From the NCBI RefSeq assembly GCF_006345805.1, contig NC_043007.1:5332001-5396000 (forward strand): 64,000 nt of DNA, read 5' to 3'. Below the pieces are notes generated by a model. The model was not told the DNA's origin. It saw nothing but the letters and a program-made list of their open reading frames with translations, and ran no database searches. Shown here piece by piece: positions 27,936 to 40,828 of the stretch (the stretch's first letter is position 1; every line of letters begins with the position of its first letter). The stretch comes from Octopus sinensis. Its lineage: Eukaryota. Position numbers and translations under genes: made by a program.

Positions 27936-30900
27936 GTAAGAATTATTTTTCTTTTTGCTTTAGTTTTGCTTTTTTTTTATAGGAAGGATTTTGTCTTTTT
28001 TTTGGTTGACATGTGAGTTTTAGTTTTAAGTATATTTTCAATTCTTTAAGCATTTCATTACCATTTCTCTGTTGAAACACATTGTCTTCATTTCAAGAAA
28101 TTTTGGAAATACTGAAAATACAACTTTGTCCTTTTTAAGCTGGTGTTTAAAACAGAACTTAACGGGAAATTTTAACTGAAGTTTTTAATTTAGATCATTT
28201 TAAACAGGAGGGGTGGTCTTGGGTGGGTTGATATTAGGAGACTTCAACACTCCCACGATCGATTGGCCCACGTCAATTTGTACGTCATCTTCCTGGTTCG
28301 GCCAGGCCCTTCTTGACGTGGCTGAAGATTGTTTTCTATCGCAACATGTTGAATATCCAACAAGGCATCGGTCTGGGCAGCAGCCATCTATGCTGGATCT
28401 GGTATTCTCCCGCTATCCAAGATCAGTGTCAGGCTTATCTGTGTGCGCCCCTCTTGCCAAGAGTGATCATGCGGTCCTGAAGTTCATCATGCACACAACT
28501 TTTTCTACGCCCACGACTACTTTGCTGCCACGTAGAGTCTTCTCTGCAATTAATCTTGAAATTCTAACTGTCTATTCAATATGTCATTGGCGACAGGTGT
28601 TATACCTGCGGACTGGAGAACAGCGATAATCTGCCCAATTTTCAAGAAAGGGAGCCGCGAAGACCCGCTTAACTACCGACCGGTTTCCCTTACTTCAATA
28701 ATCAGCAAGATGTTCGAAACCATCCTTAAGAAAAGTATGATGCTCCACCTCCAAAACACAGCCTCTATCTCTGATTCCCAACACAGCTTCGTGCCGAAGA
28801 GATCATGCTTGACCAACTTACTGGTAATGGAAGAATTGGTGACGCGCATCCTCGATGATAGTGATGCTGTTGACATCGTTTTATTGGACTTTGCCAAAGC
28901 TTTAGACTCAGTAAACCACCGCCTATTACTTGTCAAGCTTCAAGCATATAGTTTCCATCCGGATATTGTATGATGGGTTGGTGCCTTCCTCTCAGATCGC
29001 TCCTTCCAAGTCCAAGTTAATGGTTTGCTGTCCGACGTCTCCAGTGCAAGCAGTGGCGTGCCTCAAGGTTCAGTGCTTGGGCCTTATTGTTCTTAGTCTT
29101 CATAAATGACTTGCCCGACGACCTCACGCAACACACCCTTCTATTTGCCGATGATGTCAAACTGGTTGCTCCTCGCGGTGATATAGAGGATCTTCGTCGA
29201 TGCCTCCACAAAATTTGGAGATGGTCTAACGAATGGGACCTGTGTCTGAACGTGTCAAAGTGCTGTCATCTGCCTGTTGGCTCTCCTCCTGCAACTCAAC
29301 TTGATTTCGAGCCGGGTCGTCTGCTGCTGGAGAGGAACGACCAGGTAAAGGACCTGGGTATCTTGGTGGATTCTTCCTTTTCGCCTTCGGCCCAGTGCAT
29401 CCATGCTGCCAACAAAGCACGCGGAGTTCTGTTCTTGATTCAACGGTCATTCGGAATGCTCACAGCAGCCATATTCCTACCGCTCTATGTCACGCTGGTG
29501 AGACCCATATTGGAGTACGGGATTCAAGCCTCTTCTCCTTATCTCCTCAAAGACATTCAGCATCTCGAAAGAGTCCAGAAGCTGGCTACCAGCATGGTTC
29601 TTGGTCTCAAGCATTTGTCTTATGAAGAAAGGCTGAAGACGCTCGACCTTTATTCTCTCGAAAAATAATGATGCCGTGGTGATCTCATTCTTGCTCACAT
29701 CATAAGTGGAAAGTGTAACCTCTCGAAAGAGCTGCTCTTCACTCCTGCTCCAGAGCGTCGGCTGCGGGGTCATTCCGAAAAGCTCTATCTGCGACGATTT
29801 CATCTCAATTGAAGGAAAGGGGCTTTCTCTGTCCGGGTTGCGGATCCGTGGAATAAGCTGCCGGACGAGATGGTGAAGATGCCGACGACCACTCGGTTCA
29901 AAGTCTCCCTTGACCACAAGTGGCCTGAACTCTTTACATGAACACCACCCTGTACATAACTCCATGTCCTCCTACATGGCCTTGCTTTTTGCTTTTTGAG
30001 CCAAAAAATTAACTAACTAACTAACTAACTAAAAAGGTTAATCCTTTTGATACCAACTCATCTGAAACTGACCCCTGGTTTTATGGTACACACTTTCAGT
30101 GTTGACTTCAATTAAAAAGCTTCCATCAATATTTTGTGTTAATTTATGTTCCAATCACCAGATTCATAATGATGCAATTATTTTACTAAATTCTTCTAAA
30201 TTTTCAAAATTCGCTTTCCATGCTAGCATGGGTTGGACGATTTTGACTGAGGGCTGGCGAACCAGATGGCTGCACTAGGCTTGTTCGCCAGCCCTCAGTC
30301 AAAATCGTCCAACCCATGCTAGCATGGAAAGCAGACATTAACCGATGATGATGATGATGAATTGAAATGAAGATATTGGCTGTGTGGTTAAGAATTTAGC
30401 CTACCAAGCACATGGTTTTAGATTCAGTCCCACTGTGTGGTACCTAGGGAATTTTTCTTCTATAGATCCAGGTTGACCAAAGTCTTGTGAATGGATTTGG
30501 TAGATAGGAACTGAAAGAAGTCTGGTGTGTGTGTGTGTGTTGCCATCACGTGATAGTCGTAAATGAGTGTCACTGTCCTACAAGCGGTGTCATTCATTCC
30601 CAATATTCTGTGAAATTTCATGTCTGGCCATAGAAAGATAATTACTTCATTTGGAAACAGGCGAGGGTTAGTGACAGGAAGAGTATCTTGTACAAAATCT
30701 GTCTCAATAAACTTCATCTGACTGATGCAAGTATGGCCACATGGTCATTAAAATGCTGCTGCTGCTACTACTACTGTTGCCATTGTTGATCATGATGATA
30801 ATGATGAAAGCTAATTTATTTCAAGAGGTGGCGAGCTGGTAGAAGCGTTAGCACGCCAGGCGAAATGCTTAGCGGTATTTCGTCTGCCACTACATTCTGA

Positions 30901-32847
30901 GTTCAAATTCCACTGAGGTCAATTAAATAAGTACCAGTTACGCACTGGGGTCAATATAATCGACTTAATCCGTTTGTCTGTCCTTGTTTGTCCTCTCTGT
31001 GTTTATCCCCTTGTGGGTAGTAAAGAAATAGGTGTTTTGTCTGCTGCTACGTTCTGAGTTCAAATTCTGCCGAGGTCGACTTTGCCTTTCATCCTTTTGA
31101 GGTCGATTAAATAATGCACTGGGATAGATGTAATCGACTTAATCCCTTTGTCTGTCCTTGTTTGTCCCCTCTATGTTTAGTCCCCTGAGGGCAATAAAGA
31201 AATATATAGACTGTAGCTGCAAAAAATATCCTAGACACGTGAGCAGGACTTTTAAAGGGGTCTTAACTGTGCCTAACAGAACTGGACATGACTGACAGAA
31301 TGGCAGCAAAGATAAAAGTACGCTACTAAATAAACATGTAGTAACTCTTATGTTCTGAGTTCAAATCTTACTCGTTTACAACAGGGTAAAATGGTTAATC
31401 TAATAATTATTGTTGACTGAAATGTTTTACATTTTAATTTTGTAATTTCATCCTATTTTTGATTCTTTTTTGATCTTGTAATTTTGTTACTTCAAGCTGA
31501 ATATTTCCTGATTAATTTCAATTTTATTTGATAGGTTTTCTCGACTTTGAAGTTTGCTATGGTGAACTTGGTTGCTTCTCAAATGGAGGGGAATTCACAA
31601 CAATAGAAAGACCAATTACTTTCTTACCAAACACTCCCCAACTTATCGGAACACAGTTTTTCCTCTACACAAGGTATACCAAAAAGTTTCACAATTTATG
31701 GGTTCCTTAACTGATGCTCTTTGCGATTTACCATTAAAAGAAAAAAGAAAAGTTGCCTTATGCCTATGTAAGAAATTGACATCATCATCATCATCATTGT
31801 CGTCGTCGTCGTCGTCATCGTCGACGTTGTCGTCATCATCATCATCATCATCATCGTCATGTCGTCATTGTTGTCGTCGTTGTCGTTGTCGTCATCATCA
31901 TCATCATCATCATCATCGTCATCCTCACCACCTTGTTTTCAACAGTCTCAAGCAATTTCCTATTGTTCCACGAGGTGTCTGGAACTTAATCATTTAGTGA
32001 TGTGAGCCAGTGTTATTTTGTATCCAATTTACTTTGCTGTGAAGTTTTTTTGTTTCTTTTTTGTTTTTCTATTGTTATTTTAGTATTTTCTCAGTTTGTT
32101 TTTTCACTTGTATGAGAGGAAGTGTTTCTGGGTGGAGAATGGATGGAATATTCACCGTGAGGATCTAAAGGTTCTGCCAATACAACACAAAGTTCAGAAT
32201 GGTTTGTGATTGTAGAAATTCATCATTATCGCTTTTCCATTCACTCGTTTGTATGGGTCGGCTAAGAATTCACTGAAACAAATTTTCTATGGTCAAATGC
32301 TCTCCCTATTGCCAACCCTCCCCTGTTTCCAAAAAAGGTAATATTTTCCTTGCCACTGGACATATTTGCATGGCAGGTCAGAAATATATGACATTACATC
32401 TATAATAGGGACACTTATTGATGCCAAGACAATGACATAGAAACACACACATCTCTATCTCTCTCTCACACTCACACACACACACACACACACACATGTA
32501 TGTGTGTGTATATATATATCATCATCATCGTTTAACGTCCGCTTTCCATGCTAGCATGGGTTGGACGATTTTGACTGAGGGCTGGGGAACCAGATGGCTG
32601 CACCAGGCTTCAATCTTGATCTGGCAGAGTTTCCACAGCTGGATGTCCTTCCTAATGCCAACCACTCCGAGAGTGTAGTGGGCGCTTTTTACGTGCCAGT
32701 CAGGCGGTACTGGCAACGACCTCGCTCGAATCTTTTACACATGCCACTGGCACAGGTGCCAGTAAGGTGACATTGGTAACGATCATGCTCGAATGGTGCC
32801 CTTTTATGTGCCACCGGCACGGCGGCCAGATAGCCGCTCTGGCAACG

Positions 32848-32896
<49 letters not shown>

Positions 32897-34654
32897 GTGT
32901 ACAACAGACTTTCACTCTTAAGGCTTTGGTCAGACTACTGAGGTCTACAATAGAAGACACACATTCTCTTTCATTCTCCCTCTCTCTCTTTCTCTCGCAG
33001 AAATAGACACAGTTTCTTTCCCTCTCCTTGCTTTTTCTGTAAGGCAGTCACTAAGACTTCACTATATGTTTGACCTACATCAGTTGCCTAGCAACCGTAT
33101 CCAATAGCTTGTTGACTCCACTAACATGGCTGTCCTATTTTGTCCAAGGTGCCTTGTTGTGGGACTGAAACCAAAACCCATGAGGTTAGAAAGTAAACTC
33201 ATTCGCTACTCAGCCACATTCCTGTACAACTATAATTTAAATTTAATTATTCAGCAACATTTTCTTCTCTTTGTAAACATTAGATAACAATTAAATTTAT
33301 TAATTAATCAATTTTTTTTTTTTTTTATTATTGAATGAATTAGAAAAAACCCCTACAATGCTTCCATATTGGTTACTCATGATGAAGAAGGACTTGCAGA
33401 AAGCAATTTCAATGGTAAAAGACCAACCAAATTCATCATTCATGGTTTTCAAAGTTCCGGAGGTTTTCCATGGGTGAAGGAATTGGTTAAAGAATTATTG
33501 ATACATGTACGTAGAATACATATACTTTTTTTTGGTTGTTTTACTATTTATTTTTAAATGCATTTTGGTTTTTTTGGGACTTAGTTTCACTAATTGGACA
33601 AATTGAAATCAACAGATGCAAATATTGTGGGTTCCACCACCACTACCACCACCACTACCACCACCACCACCACCACCACCAAATTAGGTACAATCGTTTC
33701 ATGCTACATCATTTAATTAAACAATGTAAGTATTACATCAGTTTTAAAATGTTGAGCAATCTTCAGCCATTCATAGAGGTTTTCCATCCATACATATACT
33801 TATTTCCATGTCAATTGCTAACATTATAAAGAGGGTAGATACACAGACAGATATCAGATATCTACCCTCTTTATAATGTTAGCAATTGACATGGAAATAA
33901 GTATATGTATTGATGGAAAACCTCTATGAATGGCTGAAGATTGCTCAACATTTTAAAACTGATGTAATACTTACATTGTTTAATTAAATGATGTAGCATG
34001 AAACAATCGTACCAAATTACCGAAGATATACTTGTTGCTTACTTTGAATATATATAAGATATATTTAGAGCTTGTTAATGTTAACTATAACTCCCATTAA
34101 TGTACAGATAGGAAGATGTAGCTCTCGTTGTGAGCCTATATTCAAAATAATATTTTTATGGAGGCCAGACGGGCGGAGTCTAAAAGAACATAATTAGAAT
34201 ACACGGCTGCTGACGGTTGACCAGTCCTGGTCTGTAGATGTATTTTTGAACTTTGTATAACATCCTGATGAGGGGAGTGCCATGATTATTAATAGGAAAT
34301 ATTTCATATTCCAAGGTACATCTCTGAAATAGCCTGGAGATGTGATCTTGATATTATTTTCTTTTGTTGTTTTTAGTTTGTCTCTTTAATACTTAATCCT
34401 CTCAAGAAAAAAAAAATTAATTTCATCATACTAAAGTATTATTGTTTTAAATGTTCTTACAAGAGAAGTTTTTCTTCAATTCAATCGTGTTTTATGTATT
34501 ACATCAACATTTGTCTATTTATGCATATTTTTAGATATTCTGGAATTTTTAATTCCATTTTATAAAGAATATATTTATATAAGTTTTGAATGTGTATTTT
34601 AATTATGTTCTTTTAGACTCCACATGTGTTGCCTCCATAATAAAAATATTATTC

Positions 34655-34732
<78 letters not shown>

Positions 34733-37700
34733 ACATCATCATCGTTTAACATCCGCTTTCCATGCTAGCATGGGTTGGATGGTTTGACTGAGGGCTGGTG
34801 AACCAGATGGCTGCACCAGGCTCCAGTCTTGATCTGGTAGAGTTTCTACAGCTGGATGCCCTTCCTAACGTCAACCACTCCAAGAGTGTAGTGGGTGCTT
34901 CTTACATGCCACTGGTACGGGCACCAGTCAGGCAGTACTGGCAACGACCTCGCTCGAATCTTTTTACATGTGCCACTGACACAGGTGCCAGTAAGGCGAT
35001 GCTTGTAACGATCACGCTCGAATGGTGCCTCTTACATGCCACCGGCACAGGTGCCAGATAGCCGCTCTGGCAACGATCACCCTTGGATGGTGCTCTTAGC
35101 ACCCTACTAGCACGGGGCACAAGTGCCAGTAAGGCGATCATGAAAGTAACTAGACAACCTTTATGTTACCAGTTTATCTGTGCAGACACTACTCATAAGT
35201 TCGATGCTTGAGCAAGTTAAATTATTTAAAACTGCACAAGACATGTCTGTTAAATTCCAGATTAAATATTTCAATGCATCAAATGACATTATTTTGTTTG
35301 ATGATGATGATGATGATGATGAAATAAATCTTTTCAAAGCAATGGTTTACCTCTGCAAATGTTTGTCTATATAATTCTTCTGTCTTTTTAGGATGATTAC
35401 AATGTGATCGTCGTTGACTGGACAAATGGTGCCAGTGTAACGTATGGCCGAGCAGCATCCAATACTCGTGTTGTAGGTGCACAAATTGCAGTTCTGGTCA
35501 AATTTCTTAACGAGAAAGCTGCTAACGACCCAAAGAAAACTCACATAATAGGACACAGCCTTGGAGCTCACACTGCTGGTTATGCTGGCGAAAGAATAGC
35601 AAATCTCTCCCGAATATCTGGTGATTATAATGATTTTATTCCAGTCTTAATAAAAATGGTGATGTGAAAGTCTATATTGATACATAACTGACAAAACTTA
35701 CCATTAACAACATATTCCGACATAGCTAGGACCAGGTTTCAAACGTTAGCTCTTCTATTAGGAAGTACAAAATGCTTCAGTACTCAAAAGTTATTGATGC
35801 TTTACAAAGTTCAGGAGGGACTCACAGTGGAGTATTGACTCACAACTGGGATGGTGCAGTTATTGGGATGTTGCTCTCACAACTGGGATGGTGCAGTTAT
35901 TGGGATGTTGCTCTCACAACTGGGATGGTGCAGTTATTGGGATGTTGCTCTCACAACTGGGATGGTGCAGTTATTGGGATGTTGCTCTCACAACTGGGAT
36001 GGTGCAGTTATTGGGATGTTGCTCTCACAACTGGGATGGTGCAGTTATTGGGATGTTGCTCTCACAACTGGGATGGTGCAGTTATTGGGATGTTGCTCTC
36101 ACAACTGGGATGGTGCAGTTTTGGGATGTTGCTCTCACAACTGGGATGGTGCAGTTATGGGATGTTGCTCTCACAACTGGATGGTGCAGTTATTGGGATA
36201 TTGCTCTCACAACTGGGATGGTGCAGTTATTGGGATGTTGCTCTCACAACTGGGATGGTGCAGTTATTGGGATGTTGCTCTCACAACTAGGATGGTGCAG
36301 TTATTGGGATGTTGCTCTCACAACTGGGATGGTGCAGTTATTGGTGCAAGTTATTGGGATGTTGCTCTCACAACTGGGATGGTGCAGTTATTGGGATGTT
36401 GCTCTCACAACTGGGATGGTGCAGTTATTGGGATATGCTCTCACAACTGGGATGGTGCAGTTATTGGGATGTTGCTCTCACAACTGGGATGGTGCAGTTA
36501 TTGGGATGTTGCTCTCACAACTGGGATGGTGCAGTTATTGGGATGTTGCTCTCACAACTGGGATGGTGCAGTTATTGGGATGTTGCTCTCACAACTGGGA
36601 TGGTGCAGTTATGGGATGTTGCTCTCACAACTGGGATGGTGCAGTTATTGGGATGTTGCTCTCACAACTGGGATGGTGCAGTTATTGGGATGTTGCTCTC
36701 ACAACTGGGATGGTGCAGTTATTGGGATGTTGCTCTCACAACTGGGATGGTGCAGTTATTGGGATGTTGCTCTCACAACTGGGATGGTGCAGTTATTGGA
36801 TGTTGCTCTCACAACTGGGATGGTGCAGTTATTGGGATGTTGCTCTCACAACTGGGATGGTGCAGTTATTGGGATGTTGCTCTCACAACTGGGATGGTGC
36901 AGTTATTGGGATGTTGCTCTCACAACTGGGATGGTGCAGTTATTGGGATGTTGCTCTCACAACTGGGATGGTGCAGTTATTGGGATGTTGCTCTCACAAC
37001 TGGGATGGTGCAGTTATTGGGATGTTGCTCTCACAACTGGTGATGGTGCAGTTATTGGGATATTGCTCTCACAACTGGGATGGTGCAGTTATTGGGATGT
37101 TGCTCTCACAACTGGGATGGTGCAGTTATTGGGATGTTGCTCTCACAACTGGGATGGTGCAGTTATTGGGATGTTGCTCTCACAACTGGGATGGTGCAGT
37201 TATTGGGATGTTGCTCTCACAACTGGGATGGTGCAGTTATTGGGATGTTGCTCTCACAACTGGGATGGTGCAGTTATTGGGATGTTGCTCTCACAACTGG
37301 GATGGTGCAGTTATTGGGATGTTGCTCTCACACTGGGATGGTGCAGTTATTGGGATGTTGCTCTCACAACTGGGATGGTGCAGTTATTGGGAATTGCTCT
37401 CACAACTGGGATGGTGCAGTTATTGGGATGTTGCTCTCACAACTGGGATGGTGCAGTTATTGGGATGTTGCTCTCACAACTAGGATGGTGCAGTTATTAT
37501 TGGGATGTTGCTCTCACAACTGGGATGGTGCAGTTATTGGGATGTGCTCTCACAACTGGGATGGTGCAGTTATTGGGATGTTGCTCTCACAACTGGGATG
37601 GTGCAGTTATTGGGATGTTGCTCTCACAACTGGGATGGTGCAGTTATTGGGATGTTGCTCTCACAACTGGGATGGTGCAGTTATTGGGATGTTGCTCTCA

Positions 37701-40700
37701 CAACTGGGATGGTGCAGTTATTGGGATGTTGCTCTCACAACTTGGATGGTGCTGTACATCCCAGATTGCTTCCAGAATAGTGCCATCTGACTGATTGGCA
37801 CAAAATCACTCACAGACATGTCCTGTCCTCTGCTCCACAAAAAGATGCTGTATCTCCTCCAAGACATTTCGACTCTTGCTACAATGGCTTCCACTCGCCA
37901 GAGCTGGCCGATCTTTTATCCCCTTCACTCAGATGCTTTTATCCCCTTCCTCATCAGCTGTGTTTACTTTCTCACAGACTTCCCAATAACCACTGAAGAA
38001 CAAATGAAGACTTTTTGGCCTTGCAGGACAGGGTTCAATCTCTTTCGTGGTGCTTTGGTGCTTAATCTTATTTTGTATTGCCAGGATCAGAGACTACAGT
38101 CACGACCCTTTACAGTGCATCTGAGACTTGTAGAAGGGAAAGAGGAAGGAACTATCCGACTGGGGACCTGGCACAAAAGCTTGCAACAAAGTGAACCCAT
38201 TAAAGGCATCCAAGCTGATAAATGGTGGTGGTGATAAATTTGGTGAGAAATGAAGTCAGTCACAAAGAAAATGGTGACTTACTGAATCATGTGATGCGTG
38301 GAAACCTAAATCCAATTAATGCTTGTTATTTACGAGAACTCATGACTTATGAAAGTTGTACTTTAATATTTTGTCTCAAAAGCCATTTTACCAATGTAGC
38401 AATGATAAATGTTAAATGAAAAACAATCAATCAAATAATTGGGTATGTATTTGTATCCTACTTAATCTTTATTAATGATAAATGGCTTTAGAAATATATC
38501 TTGTTATTGTCTGTCTGTCTGTCTTTCACCTATCTGTTCATCTATCCATCTATCTCTATCTGTATGTCTGTCTGTTTGCCTGCTTGCTTCCTATCTGTCT
38601 ATACATACATAATAAGCTTTAGCTATTTTCCATCTATCATACCTCACTATTACTGGTTACCGATGCTTTTTGGTACTGTTAGAGTCAGAAATTGGTAAGA
38701 TCACTTTGGTCTCCTCTTGGTAGCTAAAGAATAAATCATTCAGCAGAATAAATTATTCGACTGGCCTCCTCTCCAAAAGTTTCGGGCCTTGTGCCTAGAG
38801 TAGAAATGAATAACTTCATATGACTGGTTACTTGTACATACCTGTGACCTTATGCACTTTTTATTTGCAAATCATGATTATTATGATTATTACATAAGTC
38901 TGAGCTTCCTGAAACAGCTGTGAAAAGTTCAAATTTCACATATCTTTTACTCTTTTACTTGTTTCAGTTATTTGACTGCGGCCATGCTGGAGCACTGCCT
39001 TTAGTCGAGCAAATCGACTCCAGGACTTATTCTTTGTAAGCCTAGTACTTATTCTATCGGTCTCTTTTGCTGAGCCGCTAAGTTATGGGGACATAAACAC
39101 ACTAGCATCGGTTGTCAAGCGATGTGGGGCACAAACACAGACACACAAACATAAACACACACATATATATGCATATACATATATACGACAGGCTTCTTTC
39201 AGTTTCTGTCTACCAAATCCACTCACAAGGCTTTGGTCAGCCTGAGGCTATAGTAGAAGACACTTACCCAAGGTGCCACACAGTGGGACTGAACCCAGCA
39301 CCATGTGGTTGGTAAGCAAGCTACTTACCACACAACCACTCCTGCGCCTATATGTTGCGCCTATATGTTGCAAAGCCATTAAAAAATCAATAGAAGTGAC
39401 TTTTTTGTGAATTTTTTATCCAAAACCCAATCAAAATGCCCGAAACTTGATACACCAATTGAATGCCAGCTAGCTGTATGTGATTGGTCAGAAATTTGGA
39501 CAGTACTCGTGTGTATGTGCGCACGCATGCAGCTGTATATGCATGCACTAGCACTATGACCCGGCGTTGTCGGGTCATAGAGCTAGTTCATACATAAATG
39601 TGCTCAACATTAAGATAAACCCCACCAAATGCATAATGAAGGCCGCTAATGAGCACAATTAAAGTATGAGCTATATGGGAAATTCATGCTTCACTGCTTT
39701 TGTGCTAAATGTAGGGCTCTTAAAAACTGCTCTGACTGATTATATGCCTGCAAGTTCTCTTGAATTTACACATTTAAAGATGTGCTATTAGTTGATCTCA
39801 ATAAGTGCAGATTTATTCTTAAATGCTTATAAATCAATTCTCTACATGGATATAAGCCATTTATATAATCTACAATCCGACAAGGGAGTCTCTATAAAGT
39901 TGCATAGCAGCTTCATGTAGCTATCCAGTTTCCCTCGATTCTACCCTCTTAAAAAAATATGATGGCATACATTGTGTAATGCAGTTATGTATATACAAGT
40001 GAGGGTGGTCATGGCTGGAATACTTTTGATCTGTTGAATAAGTAGCTACAGCAACACATAGATATCAGTACGCACATGTAATATTTCGTACAGTGGACAG
40101 CTTGTGCAAACAGCTTTATCAGCCCTCGAAGACGCTTATCAGGAAATTTTGTTTTCTTCTTCATATCGCCAGATTAATCAAATTTATGAATCATGTTTTT
40201 TTAGTTTTGTTATTTATTGCTTTATCTGTTATGATCAACTTGGTGTCATACTGATTTGCAACAATTGATTTTGGCTCTGTGCACACACACACATATATAT
40301 ATATAGGCGCAGGAGTGGCTGTGTGGTAAGTAGCTTGCTAACCAACCACATGGTTCCGGGTTCAGTCCCACTGCGTGGCATCTTGGGCAAGTGTCTTCTG
40401 CTATAGCCCGGGCCGACCAATGCTTTGTGAGTGGATTTGGTAGACGGAAACTGAAAGAAGCCTGTCGTATATATGTATATATATATAAGTGTGTGTGTAT
40501 ATGTTTGTGTGTCTGTGTTTGTCCCCCTACAACCGATGCTGGTGTGTTTACGTCCCCGTCACTTAGCGGTTCGGCAAAAGAGACCGATAGAATAAGTACT
40601 GGGCTTACAAAGAATAAGTCCCGGGGTCGATTTGCTCCTCGACTAAAGGCGGTGCTCCAGCATGGCCGCAGTCAAATGACTGAAACAAGTAAAAGAGTAA

Positions 40701-40795
40701 AAGAGAAAAAGAGTATATATATACACACATACATATATATATACATATATATATATGCATACATACATACATATATTACTCAAACATTCACCAAT

Positions 40796-40828
<33 letters not shown>

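Larger units (their letters stand above)
33682..34018. repeat. Long inverted repeat, ~160-bp arms, 17-nt loop
   Basis: 33682-33841 is the reverse complement of 33859-34018, with about 4 mismatches seen. Confidence 0.95.

Noticed and set aside
30035-30215. piggyBac-like MITE (TTAA-CCC-type start; related sequence at 43035-43230)
   Set aside because: Only one end recognisable; could not confirm TIR pair or TTAA duplication
35839-37752. CRISPR-like 37-bp repeats; long ORFs 35851..37794 and 35888..37483
   Set aside because: No unique spacers, no cas genes, eukaryotic intron; the ORFs are translations of the tandem repeat
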